Source: an uncultured Planctomycetota bacterium (GTDB taxonomy: Bacteria; Planctomycetota; Planctomycetia; Isosphaerales; Isosphaeraceae). From it: a stretch of 64,000 nt of DNA. The translations under genes and the position numbers were made by a program. This document shows positions 11,808 through 20,051 of the stretch, in pieces. Where the stretch lies: contig CAWJTV010000036.1 in assembly GCA_963845755.1 (NCBI GenBank), forward strand, positions 288,001 to 352,000, in the 5' to 3' direction. The notes beneath the pieces were generated by a model. It was not told where the DNA came from. It was given only the letters and a program-made list of their open reading frames with translations, and did not search any database. Within the stretch, counting starts at the first letter, position 1, and each line of letters opens with the position of its first letter.

Positions 11808-12301
11808 CGGCAAACCCTCAATCCGACGAATCTCGACTTCCGGGCCAGGATGGTCTTCGCCTGCCAATAATCATCGACCTCTTTCCAGAGGGCCCTCAGC
11901 GTGCGACAGTTCAGCGAGTGTCGCACGGGGATGCCGTGGATGCCTCCGGCGGACGCCTCCGTGATCGCGGCGATGTAACCGCAGACCCGTTCGATATCGA
12001 TACCGACCACATAAACGGGGGCATGGATCTGCTTCAGCTTCTCCACGTCCTTGCCGGTGATGGAGACTTCAAGTTTCCGATAGGCGCCCCGTCCTGTATA
12101 CCTGCTTCTCGTCGATTTCACCTGGACATATAACTGGGCATGGCCCGCAGTCGGTTCGATCAGCTCGACCATAAAATCGGTCGTATCGTGCTTCTCGCCG
12201 AGGAATGTCTCGATGAACCAGGGATGACCGTCGCACCACTTGGTGATGAGGACCGTGAAGATGCTCTCACCCCTCCTACCGATGTAATCCTTGAGGTTCA
12301 C
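11804..12301 (-). CDS. DUF4365-family PD-(D/E)XK-like protein
   Basis: IGRRGE...DFMVEL...YVQVKST, a restriction-endonuclease-like E...D...QxK arrangement. Confidence 0.7.
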   Translation of the reverse strand: MNLKDYIGRRGESIFTVLITKWCDGHPWFIETFLGEKHDTTDFMVELIEPTAGHAQLYVQVKSTRSRYTGRGAYRKLEVSITGKDVEKLKQIHAPVYVVGIDIERVCGYIAAITEASAGGIHGIPVRHSLNCRTLRALWKEVDDYWQAKTILARKSRFVGLRVCR

Positions 12302-12365
12302 CGTGCGTCCCCGAGCGATCTCTCTGGCCGGATTCGTACGAGACTTCGCTCATCATCATCCCATT

Positions 12366-12750
12366 CTAGCGGCCACGCCGGGACGCGGGAAGCTGAAACG
12401 ATGATCTGTATACCTGGTCAAAGATGGTCATCGGCAAGCCCGTCATCTCTGCGCCCTTGAGCCCCTGGAGTTGCTCCGGCGGGATCATCCGCGAATGCTC
12501 GCGGTCGGCCAGGACGCATCCGGTCTCTTGCTGGAGGCGGAGGCGCGAATTCCTCAGCGGTTCGGTTATGCCAGCCGCCGATGCGCCAGGGACAGAGGAG
12601 ATACCCCTCTCGGAATTCGACCTTCCCTCCCTCCAGTCTCGGATCGCCGTCCGGATCGAGGGTACCCAACTCGCCGAGCAGGCGATGGACGCCTTCCCTC
12701 TCCCAGGGCCGGAGGACAACGGGGTGCAATGGGGAAATTCCTGAATCTTG
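12366..12750 (-). CDS. Hypothetical protein (frameshift near 12545; start uncertain)
   Basis: Protein-like segment WEREGVHRLLGELG...WHNRTAEEFA continues in another frame as LRLQQETGCVLADREH. Confidence 0.4.
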
Positions 12751-12893
12751 AGTCGGGCCTCGGTTTATTTGCTTTCTCACTTCTAACACGGAATAATCGC
12801 TCTGTCGCGATGCCTCTTGGCTGGCGGATTCCATCACCGGCGTTTTCTCAGGTCTCCGATCACATTTCCAATGAGGATGAGGACGAAAAAACC

Positions 12894-13571
12894 ATGAGCA
12901 ACCGCACCAATGTGCGCAAGACCGCACCGCGTTTCGACCTCCTGGAGCGTCGCGACTATCCTTCCTCGCCTGCTGGCGCAGTCGGACTGCTCCTGTTTCA
13001 CCCGGATCACGCGATCGCGATGGAACAGGTGACAACTCACAGGGGCGTCTCCAAGCACAACCCGCACGACCTGGTCTCGCATTCCATCCACGAGGCCAAG
13101 AAAAAGAAGAAGCCGCACCCGGTCGTCGGCCCTCAAGGCCCCGCGGGACCCCAGGGGCCGGCGGGTCTGCAAGGCCCGGCAGGTCCTCAAGGTCCGGCAG
13201 GTCCGTCCGGCGCGTCGTCACGTTCGATCTGGCCCCGGGCGCGTTCGTCGGCGCCCATCACCGTGAAGTCGGATGATCCGGTGTTCATCGTCGGGAACAC
13301 GACGACGGTGGGCTACCGCGGCACCGGATACATGAGCCTGGAACATGCGTCCGGAAGCTTCCTGGAGTGGACCGGCGTGAATGCGTCGCAAGGAACAACG
13401 CCAACCTTGGCGGGGGGATTCACGTCGACAGCCGGCACCAACATGATCACGATCGACTACAGCGGGAACGTTTCGCTCCAGGTCACCGATGCGGACCACT
13501 TCGTCGTCCACAATGCCTCGGGCGGTGAGCGGACGGGCAGCATCTGGATCCTCGAAGGCCCCATGCCGTGA
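12894..13571 (+). CDS. Small extracellular protein with short collagen-like repeat
   Basis: N-terminal PRFDLLERRDYPS (LExRxLL-like motif), (GPQGPA)n-type repeat, and a beta-rich C-terminal domain. Confidence 0.75.
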   Translation: MSNRTNVRKTAPRFDLLERRDYPSSPAGAVGLLLFHPDHAIAMEQVTTHRGVSKHNPHDLVSHSIHEAKKKKKPHPVVGPQGPAGPQGPAGLQGPAGPQGPAGPSGASSRSIWPRARSSAPITVKSDDPVFIVGNTTTVGYRGTGYMSLEHASGSFLEWTGVNASQGTTPTLAGGFTSTAGTNMITIDYSGNVSLQVTDADHFVVHNASGGERTGSIWILEGPMP

Positions 13572-13625
13572 TGCTCGGAACCTCCGCGGTTGGCCGCAGC
13601 CGACCGGTGATCGTCTCGGGAGGGG

Positions 13626-14243
13626 TCAATGGCCACGTAACAAATTTTGCGGGCCGACAGGCCACCCCTTGCTCACCAGCCATTCCTGCCACCAGCGGTC
13701 GTGCTCTCGGATTCTCTTCTGATCGTCCGCAGGCAGGTCGGGGCCGGGCTCCGGGATGGGACTCAGCTCGGGCAGGCCTACTCTGGCGCGAAGTTCGTTG
13801 ACACGATCCGAGTCGGCGAGCTTCCAGGGTCGAATCCGCCCGTCGCGGGGATCGTCCAACCACTGCGTACCGAATCGCTGCGGACGACCCTCGTACATCG
13901 CGATGCGATCTTCGAGATACGCCGCCTGCCATGCTGGGATACGGCCCTCGGCTGCACACTCGCGCATTCGCTGCAGCGCTCGACGCTGGAACTCTGGTTC
14001 CCCGATCGCATGCTGAGCGATGAGCCATGCCGCCTTCGCACCGTCTTCGCCGACGATGTCTTCGGCGGGCCAGCCCTGCTGCTCGACGATCTCCCTCAGA
14101 CGGGCGGCATTCTTGACGTGAACCGCCTCCATGCGCGGAACATAGGTCCCGCCGAGCTCGTTCGCGGCCAAAAGTTCGTCACGGACTCGCACGTCTTCGT
14201 CGCGCATCGCGATGAGTTCGCGCCGCAGTGTTTCATTCATCAT
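13626..14243 (-). CDS. DUF6624-like protein
   Basis: LIAMRDEDVRVR, GWP...VGEDGAKAAWLIAQHA, AYLEDRI, PQRFGTQ and RARVGL. Confidence 0.8.
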   Translation of the reverse strand: MMNETLRRELIAMRDEDVRVRDELLAANELGGTYVPRMEAVHVKNAARLREIVEQQGWPAEDIVGEDGAKAAWLIAQHAIGEPEFQRRALQRMRECAAEGRIPAWQAAYLEDRIAMYEGRPQRFGTQWLDDPRDGRIRPWKLADSDRVNELRARVGLPELSPIPEPGPDLPADDQKRIREHDRWWQEWLVSKGWPVGPQNLLRGH

Positions 14244-14404
14244 GGACTCAAACCTGTTTGTGCTGTACGTGAAAGTCGGGACGGAGAAACAGATATAGAA
14301 GTGAGCAATTCATGGTCACTTTTTCAGAAATCGACAGGAGTGCAGCATTTCTATCTAGAGCGCATAACAGATGGGTTGCGCACACTCTGTCAGCCGATGT
14401 TCTG

Positions 14405-14580
14405 CGGCCTGACGGGCCGCGTGATCCCAGCCCAGGGTGAAACCCTGGGACTCGTGCTCCTGCGGCCCGTCAGGCCGCCAGAGTTGGGGGCTGGCTTGCC
14501 GCGGACTCCGGGTTTCACCCGGGGCTTTGCTCCTGCGGCCCTGTGGGCCGCCGGCGGACGTCGTCCCTTCTGGGCTGCGG
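14405..14580. repeat. REP/BIME-like palindromic element
   Basis: cggcctgacgggccg (14405) and its inverse cggcccgtcaggccg (14463) flank the hairpin cccagggtgaaaccctggg; further degenerate copies follow. Confidence 0.65.
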
Positions 14581-14641
14581 TGGGTTCGATCGCGCGCGCG
14601 GCGCGCGTGCGCAATGCAAACGTTACGCGCTCTACCCATCG

Positions 14642-15409
14642 TCACGCTGTCCCCCACGCTCCGCCGGCAATAGCGCCGTTGTTGGCACTCCCCGAGCTAT
14701 CGTTCGCGACGATCCCGCTCCCCTCGTCCAGCAGGAACTCGGCCACCAGGTCGTCCCTGGGCGTGGCCGCGTCGCTCTCGTACATCGCCCGGATCTCGTC
14801 GCCGCACAGGACGCGGCCCCATATCCGCACGCGGGCGATGCTCCCGAGGAAAAAGCTCTTCATGTCCTCGGTGCCGATCCGTAACGGCGAATTGCCCGCC
14901 TCCGGGTAGATGACGACCTGCGTCCCACTGTTGTCGAGCATCACCGGGCACGCCGCGTCGCCGACCCCGCGATAGCTGTCGCAGTCGGTCCTCTCGCCAT
15001 TGCGGTACAGGATCGTCCGCCGATCGTCAGCAACCCCAACGATCAGCCGCCACTCCGTTCCGATCCCTACCGGTCCCGGGACATAGCTGCCGACGCCCAG
15101 ACCTCCCCTGGGGTTGAAGAGGTAGAAGCTGGTCCTCTGAGGTCGGTCGGGAAACGACTGGTTGTACATCCGGCAGGCCCACTCGCGGTCGCCTTGGTCG
15201 CCGGATTGCCGCCCCTTTCCCATCCAGTGGACGTAGCCCTCCGGACTCACGGGGAAATCGTCGATGTCCGCCCGGATCCACGCCGAGACGGTCAGCGCGT
15301 GATTCCGGCTCACGCTGTATGCGGCGTGGTTCGGCACCTCGACATGGGTCGCATGCCCATCAAAGAGCAGGATCGGATCACCCGGTTGGGGCGACGCGTT
15401 GATGGCCAT
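14642..15409 (-). CDS. LamG/concanavalin-like domain protein
   Basis: LLFDGHATHVEV, LTVSAWI, WRLIVGV, LYRNG, LRIG, FFLGSIARVRIWGRVL and LDEGSGIVANDSSG. Confidence 0.8.
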   Translation of the reverse strand: MAINASPQPGDPILLFDGHATHVEVPNHAAYSVSRNHALTVSAWIRADIDDFPVSPEGYVHWMGKGRQSGDQGDREWACRMYNQSFPDRPQRTSFYLFNPRGGLGVGSYVPGPVGIGTEWRLIVGVADDRRTILYRNGERTDCDSYRGVGDAACPVMLDNSGTQVVIYPEAGNSPLRIGTEDMKSFFLGSIARVRIWGRVLCGDEIRAMYESDAATPRDDLVAEFLLDEGSGIVANDSSGSANNGAIAGGAWGTA

Positions 15410-15530
15410 GGTCGGGTCCTCTCCGAGAAGATGGGAACGTCCATGCGTAACCCGTGCTCTCACGGGATTCCGCCGCCGTTTTCCTGACGCGGCCTTCGGC
15501 CGCAACGTCTCTTCCTGACGCCAGGGGAAT

Positions 15531-15635
15531 TCTCGTTCCCATGCTCTGCGTGGGAACGTCCGGGTGCGACGCTCCGCGTCGCCGGGGCCGCAGAGCGGCC
15601 AGGACGGCATTCCCACGCAGAGCATGGGAACGAGA
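15531..15635. repeat. REP doublet with 26-bp perfect inverted repeats
   Basis: tctcgttcccatgctctgcgtgggaa (15531-15556) and ttcccacgcagagcatgggaacgaga (15610-15635), with internal hairpins. Confidence 0.85.
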
Positions 15636-15657
15636 TAACCCGGTGTCGTAATAACAG

Positions 15658-16248
15658 TCACTTCTTGACCCGGATATTCCGATATTCGATCACGTGGGTC
15701 TCGGATTGCAGGGCGAGCGGGCCCTTGTCGGGGATCTCGAGGGCGGCCTCGAGAAGCTCGCCGTTGCATGTGCATCGGGCCTTCGCGCCGGTGACGACCA
15801 CTTCGATCGCGTTCCAGTCGCCATCCCGGTACTTCTTGAGCGTTTTGTACGGGCCGACCCGAAGATAGTCGCGGATCTGGAGTTGATGCGCAAAGGCCTT
15901 GTCGCGCAGGTGCAGCCCGCTATTCGCGTCCCGGGAGGCGCGGAATTCCAGGCGAAGGGTGAAATCGCCGTCATACGATTCCACCGTGTCGATCTCGGTC
16001 ATCTTCGGGGGCGTGTCCTTCGAGCCCGTAATCACGAGCACCCCGTCCCTGACCGCGAACCGGCCGTCGTCGGAGGCCGTCTTGCCGGCGAGGTCCGTAC
16101 TGCCTACGCGCCAGCCGGTCAGATCCTTGCCGTTGAAGATGGGCCGGAAACCAGGCTCATCCGCACCTGCGGCGGAGAAGAGGATTGCCGAGGCCAGGAT
16201 CGCGAAGGCATTCCACCGAAACGTTCGACGTCGATCAAACCGACTCAT
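15658..16248 (-). CDS. DUF1080 (3-keto-disaccharide hydrolase-like) protein
   Basis: Signal peptide; GFRPIFNGKDLTGW, DFTLRLEF, ANSG, WNAIEV, GPLALQSE and YRNIRVK. Confidence 0.9.
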   Translation of the reverse strand: MSRFDRRRTFRWNAFAILASAILFSAAGADEPGFRPIFNGKDLTGWRVGSTDLAGKTASDDGRFAVRDGVLVITGSKDTPPKMTEIDTVESYDGDFTLRLEFRASRDANSGLHLRDKAFAHQLQIRDYLRVGPYKTLKKYRDGDWNAIEVVVTGAKARCTCNGELLEAALEIPDKGPLALQSETHVIEYRNIRVKK

Positions 16249-16377
16249 CAGGATGCTCCCGAGAAGGATCGGATTTCGAATGATTACTTTCCGAGGTCGG
16301 TCATTCGTTACGTCCCCTTTCGTCTCCCACACACCACCGGCGCCGATGGGACTGCTGAAGACGATCGTGGTGACCGA

Positions 16378-17562
16378 TCAGTTGCCGCGGTCGGGCTTGG
16401 CGGGCGCCGCTCCCGGTGCTGCGGGAGTTCCTCGCGCGGGCGACTGGCCTGCTCGGCCTGCGCCTCCACGTCCCTGTCCCATGGGACGGGGCGGCCTGGC
16501 GACGTAACCGGCTACGTCCTTCGCGGCCCTGGTTTCGATGCCAGGCTTCTGGAGGAAGCCGAGGTCTCGCATCCAGTCGATGAAGCGAAACTGCCAGGTC
16601 CCGAAGGGGATGTTATTGCGGTCGGCCAGGCCGGCGGACATGCGGCTCCCGTCCGGCATGGGGTCGCCGGGGTGGCGGCCGTTGCCGTAGAGGTGCATCT
16701 CCACATTGGGGACGCCGGCCATCAACATCGCCTGGTAATAGTCGAGAGCCCAGATGGTGTGGACCCGGTCACCGGCGCTGCCACAGACGAGAAACGCGGG
16801 CGGAACGTCTTTGGGGATGGGCGGCGCGGTGCGGTTGCGGGCGAAGGGCGTCGGGCCGGGGTAGATGAGACAGGCGAAATCCGGTCGCGAGGAGATGCCG
16901 GCGAACGGGTCGGAAGGATCGTGGTTTTTCTTGTCCCAGTCTTCGTAGAGAACGGCCGCCGGAGCGGCGAGTTCGGCGCCGGCAGAGAAGCCCATCACGC
17001 CGATCCTGTTGGTGTCGATGCCCCATTCGTTGGCGTAGGCGCGGACGACCCGGACGGCCTGTTGCACGTCGTGAACGGCGTCGACCTCGGCAACGTAGCC
17101 GTCGGCACGCAACCGGTTACGAAGGATGATGGTGTTGATGCCGTAGTTGTAGAAGAAGGGGACGAAGTCGGCACTCTCACCGCCTACGTTCAGGGTTCGG
17201 TGACCGCCGCCGGCGATGACGATGACGGCCGTGCCGGTGTTGATGGCCTTCTCCACCATGTGGACTTCGATCGAAGGGTTGTGGATGGAGACGATGCTGG
17301 CGATGCGGCCGTGGACGGTCTGGCTCATCCTGTAGACCTCAGGCACGTGGATCTTGTCGGCCTTGAGGTAGGGCGAGTTCGGCGGGAACAGCGGCACGAC
17401 GATCCCGCCGGGCAGGATGGCTTGGGGGGAATAGGGCTGGCCGGTATCGGCGGCCGGCTTGGGTACGGCCTGGGGGGCCGGGAGCGGGGGAAGCGGAGCC
17501 TTCGTCTGGGCGACCGCGGCGCCACCGATCAGGCCCATGACGATTGAGACGAGGATTTCCAC
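16378..17562 (-). CDS. Secreted alpha/beta hydrolase (esterase-like)
   Basis: IAGGG, RIGVMGFSAG (GxSxG), SSRPDFACLIYP and EMHLYGNGRH. Confidence 0.88.
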   Translation of the reverse strand: MEILVSIVMGLIGGAAVAQTKAPLPPLPAPQAVPKPAADTGQPYSPQAILPGGIVVPLFPPNSPYLKADKIHVPEVYRMSQTVHGRIASIVSIHNPSIEVHMVEKAINTGTAVIVIAGGGHRTLNVGGESADFVPFFYNYGINTIILRNRLRADGYVAEVDAVHDVQQAVRVVRAYANEWGIDTNRIGVMGFSAGAELAAPAAVLYEDWDKKNHDPSDPFAGISSRPDFACLIYPGPTPFARNRTAPPIPKDVPPAFLVCGSAGDRVHTIWALDYYQAMLMAGVPNVEMHLYGNGRHPGDPMPDGSRMSAGLADRNNIPFGTWQFRFIDWMRDLGFLQKPGIETRAAKDVAGYVARPPRPMGQGRGGAGRAGQSPARGTPAAPGAAPAKPDRGN

Positions 17563-17867
17563 GGATTGGTCCTTCGAATGCTCGCATTCATAGAGCTAAG
17601 CAATGATCAGAAAAACATTCGATCCCGCGGCGAGCCTTTCTCAGGCCCACGATTCGGGACGGCCCAAATGGGTCCATTTCAGGCTGCCGGGCCCATCGTG
17701 GGAAGAATCAATCCACGCGTATTCGCGCGGATCGACGAGTGCCTGATCCAGAACGCGCTAGATCGTCGTGTCAGATGTTACTCGCTTTGCGTATCAAACG
17801 CCACCAGGTCAGCCGAGGGCGCCCGTCAGCATGGAGCTCCTGGGGCGCCTGGGCTGCAAGAGTTCCT

Positions 17868-18905
17868 TCAAGGCGCCTTCGGAACCACCAGTTTGTTCGG
17901 GTCAACCACCACATGACGGATCTTCTTGCGGTGCCAGGTATAGGTGATGTGCACCAGTCCGTCGGCCGACTGGATCACGGCGGGGTAGGAGTATTCGCCG
18001 GGCTGGTCTTCGAGCACCAAGGCGGTCTTCCAGGTCTTGCCATCGGGCGAGATCGCGACGGTGAGCGGGCTGCGGCCTCTGGTCGTCGGATTGTAGACCA
18101 GCAGATGGCGGCCGTCGGCGAGGGTGACGGCGTCGATGCCGGAGTCGGGGTTGGGGAGCGAGGTGGCGACGAGCTTCGACCAGGTCTTGCCGCCGTCGGC
18201 CGACCAGCATTCGACGACCTTCGATTGCTGGCTTCGCGAAAGGGCCTGGATGCGGCCGTCGGGGTGGGTGAGCAGGGTCGGCTGGATGGCCTCCCAGGTC
18301 TTGTCGTCGTCGACGGGCCCGACGGTCTGCCAGGTCTGGCCGAGGTCGGTGGTGCGTTCGAAATGGACGCGCCAGCCTCGGTCTTCGAAGCTCGTGGGGG
18401 CGAGGATCGAGCCGTCTTTTAGCGTGATCGGCTTGTTCTTGACCGGGCCGAGAAATCCGTCGGGGAGCCGTCTGGGGTTCGACCACGTCTTGCCGTCGTC
18501 GCTCGACGAGATCAACATGCCCCACCAGTTCGCGGGGGTTGGCCCGGCCTTATAGAACAGCCAGAGCGGTCCACCTCTGGGTTGAAAGAGGACAGGGTTC
18601 CAGCACGGGAGACGTTTTCCCCCCTCGTCCCACTTCGCCACCTCCACCGGCGGCATCCACCCTTTGCCGTCGTTCCGAGACAGCCAGATGCCGACGTCGG
18701 GAGACCCTTCATCCGACCCGCCGAACCAGGCGGCGATCAGTCCGGACCTGGTTTCGACGATCGTCGAGGCATGCGCGGAGGGGAAAGGCGCATTCTCGAA
18801 GATGAATTGGCTGGAGATCAAGCCGGGCTGCGAGGCAGGAGCGGCCATTGCGCCGACCGCGAGGGTCGTCGCGAGCAAAACCATCGGGAAACGTGCAGGC
18901 GACAT
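17868..18905 (-). CDS. BNR/Asp-box sialidase-like protein
   Basis: AHASTIVE, WFGG and WNPVL; Asp-boxes SSDDGKTWS, TTDLGQTW and SADGGKTWS; YSYPAVI. Confidence 0.9.
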   Translation of the reverse strand: MSPARFPMVLLATTLAVGAMAAPASQPGLISSQFIFENAPFPSAHASTIVETRSGLIAAWFGGSDEGSPDVGIWLSRNDGKGWMPPVEVAKWDEGGKRLPCWNPVLFQPRGGPLWLFYKAGPTPANWWGMLISSSDDGKTWSNPRRLPDGFLGPVKNKPITLKDGSILAPTSFEDRGWRVHFERTTDLGQTWQTVGPVDDDKTWEAIQPTLLTHPDGRIQALSRSQQSKVVECWSADGGKTWSKLVATSLPNPDSGIDAVTLADGRHLLVYNPTTRGRSPLTVAISPDGKTWKTALVLEDQPGEYSYPAVIQSADGLVHITYTWHRKKIRHVVVDPNKLVVPKAP

Positions 18906-19198
18906 GATCTATGGGCTCCGTTCGGCAGGAAAGTCGTATCGAGGTCAAAGGTCGGATTCTAACCCAGGGGCTGGCGGCATTCCAGGATCAACGGCTCGGA
19001 ACAGGCATCGCCCAACGCGCCCGATGGATCATCGCCCTCCCCTCCGATAGACTAGAACCCGCCAAGAACCCAGGCCCGTCGGACACCCGACGGGTCAGGA
19101 ATCATGGAGACGGGAAAAAATATGATATGGCGAACATCGGCGATGGCACGGCATCGGCTTCGATTCCAGGACATCTGTCTCAAGGAGAGATCGTGACC

Positions 19199-19817
19199 AT
19201 GATTTTCAATAAGCGGATGTGTCTGCTGGTCCTGGTCCTGACCGGCGGGTTCGCCCTGGAAGCGTTCCCGGGCGCCGCCCCGCAGGCGACGTCCACGATG
19301 CCGGAGTACGACCAGAAGGGGGAGCTACTTGCACCCCGAGGCTTCCGGGCCTGGGTTTTCGCCGGTGCCGACGAGTCACCGACGTACAGGGGCGATTTGC
19401 CCGAATCGACGCGTCCTGAACGCCTCCGGCATGACGAGGAGAAAGCCGGTAACTTCCACAATATCTACATCAATCCGGAGGCGTACCGCGCCTTCCTCGA
19501 GAAGGGAACATTCCCCGACCCGACGATCCTCGTCATGGAAGTCTTCCAGGCGGAGCGCCAAGGATTCGAAGGGCGTCCTCAAGGGTGGCGAGTTTGAGGG
19601 CAAGCGGATCGGGTTCGAAGTCGCGGTCAAGGATAAGAATCGTCCGGGCGGCGGCGTCCCCTGGGCGTATTACGCGTTCGACCTGGATGAGAAGTCCAAA
19701 CCGAGCCGACCCGCGCGGGCCAAGCCCGACGCCGCCTGTTATCAGTGCCACCTGAAACATGCCAGCGTGGACAACGTCTGGGTCCAGTTCTATCCGGCGC
19801 TTCGCGACCCGGAATAG
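19199..19817 (+). CDS. Cytochrome P460/c'-beta family protein (frameshift near 19558)
   Basis: Signal peptide; GFRAWVFAG, FHNIYINPEAY, FPDPTILVME, WAYY, CYQCH and DNVWVQFYP. Confidence 0.85.
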
Positions 19818-19826
19818 AGTGCCTCT

Positions 19827-19965
19827 CGCGGCCTTTGGCCGCAACCCAATCGCGATTCCGAATTCGCGATTCGCGATTCCCGAGGGGGGATGATTCGGAT
19901 TCGCGATTCTCGATTCCCGAGGGGGGATGATTCGGGAATCGGGAATGTCGAATCGGGAATCGCCA
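19827..19965. repeat. Heptamer-repeat hairpin element (gattc-core then gaatc-core) with cgcggcct(t/c)ggccgcaaccc leader
   Basis: gattc-containing 7-mers, a duplicated cccgaggggggatgattcgg block, then inverted ggaatcg units. Lies between convergent genes. Confidence 0.8.
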
Positions 19966-20051
19966 GGATGCGTGCACGGCGCAGGTGCGCGGCGGAGACG
20001 ACGAGTCCTGGCCTGTCCCCCAAAACCTGGTCCCGCCCTTGTCCGTGCGGG

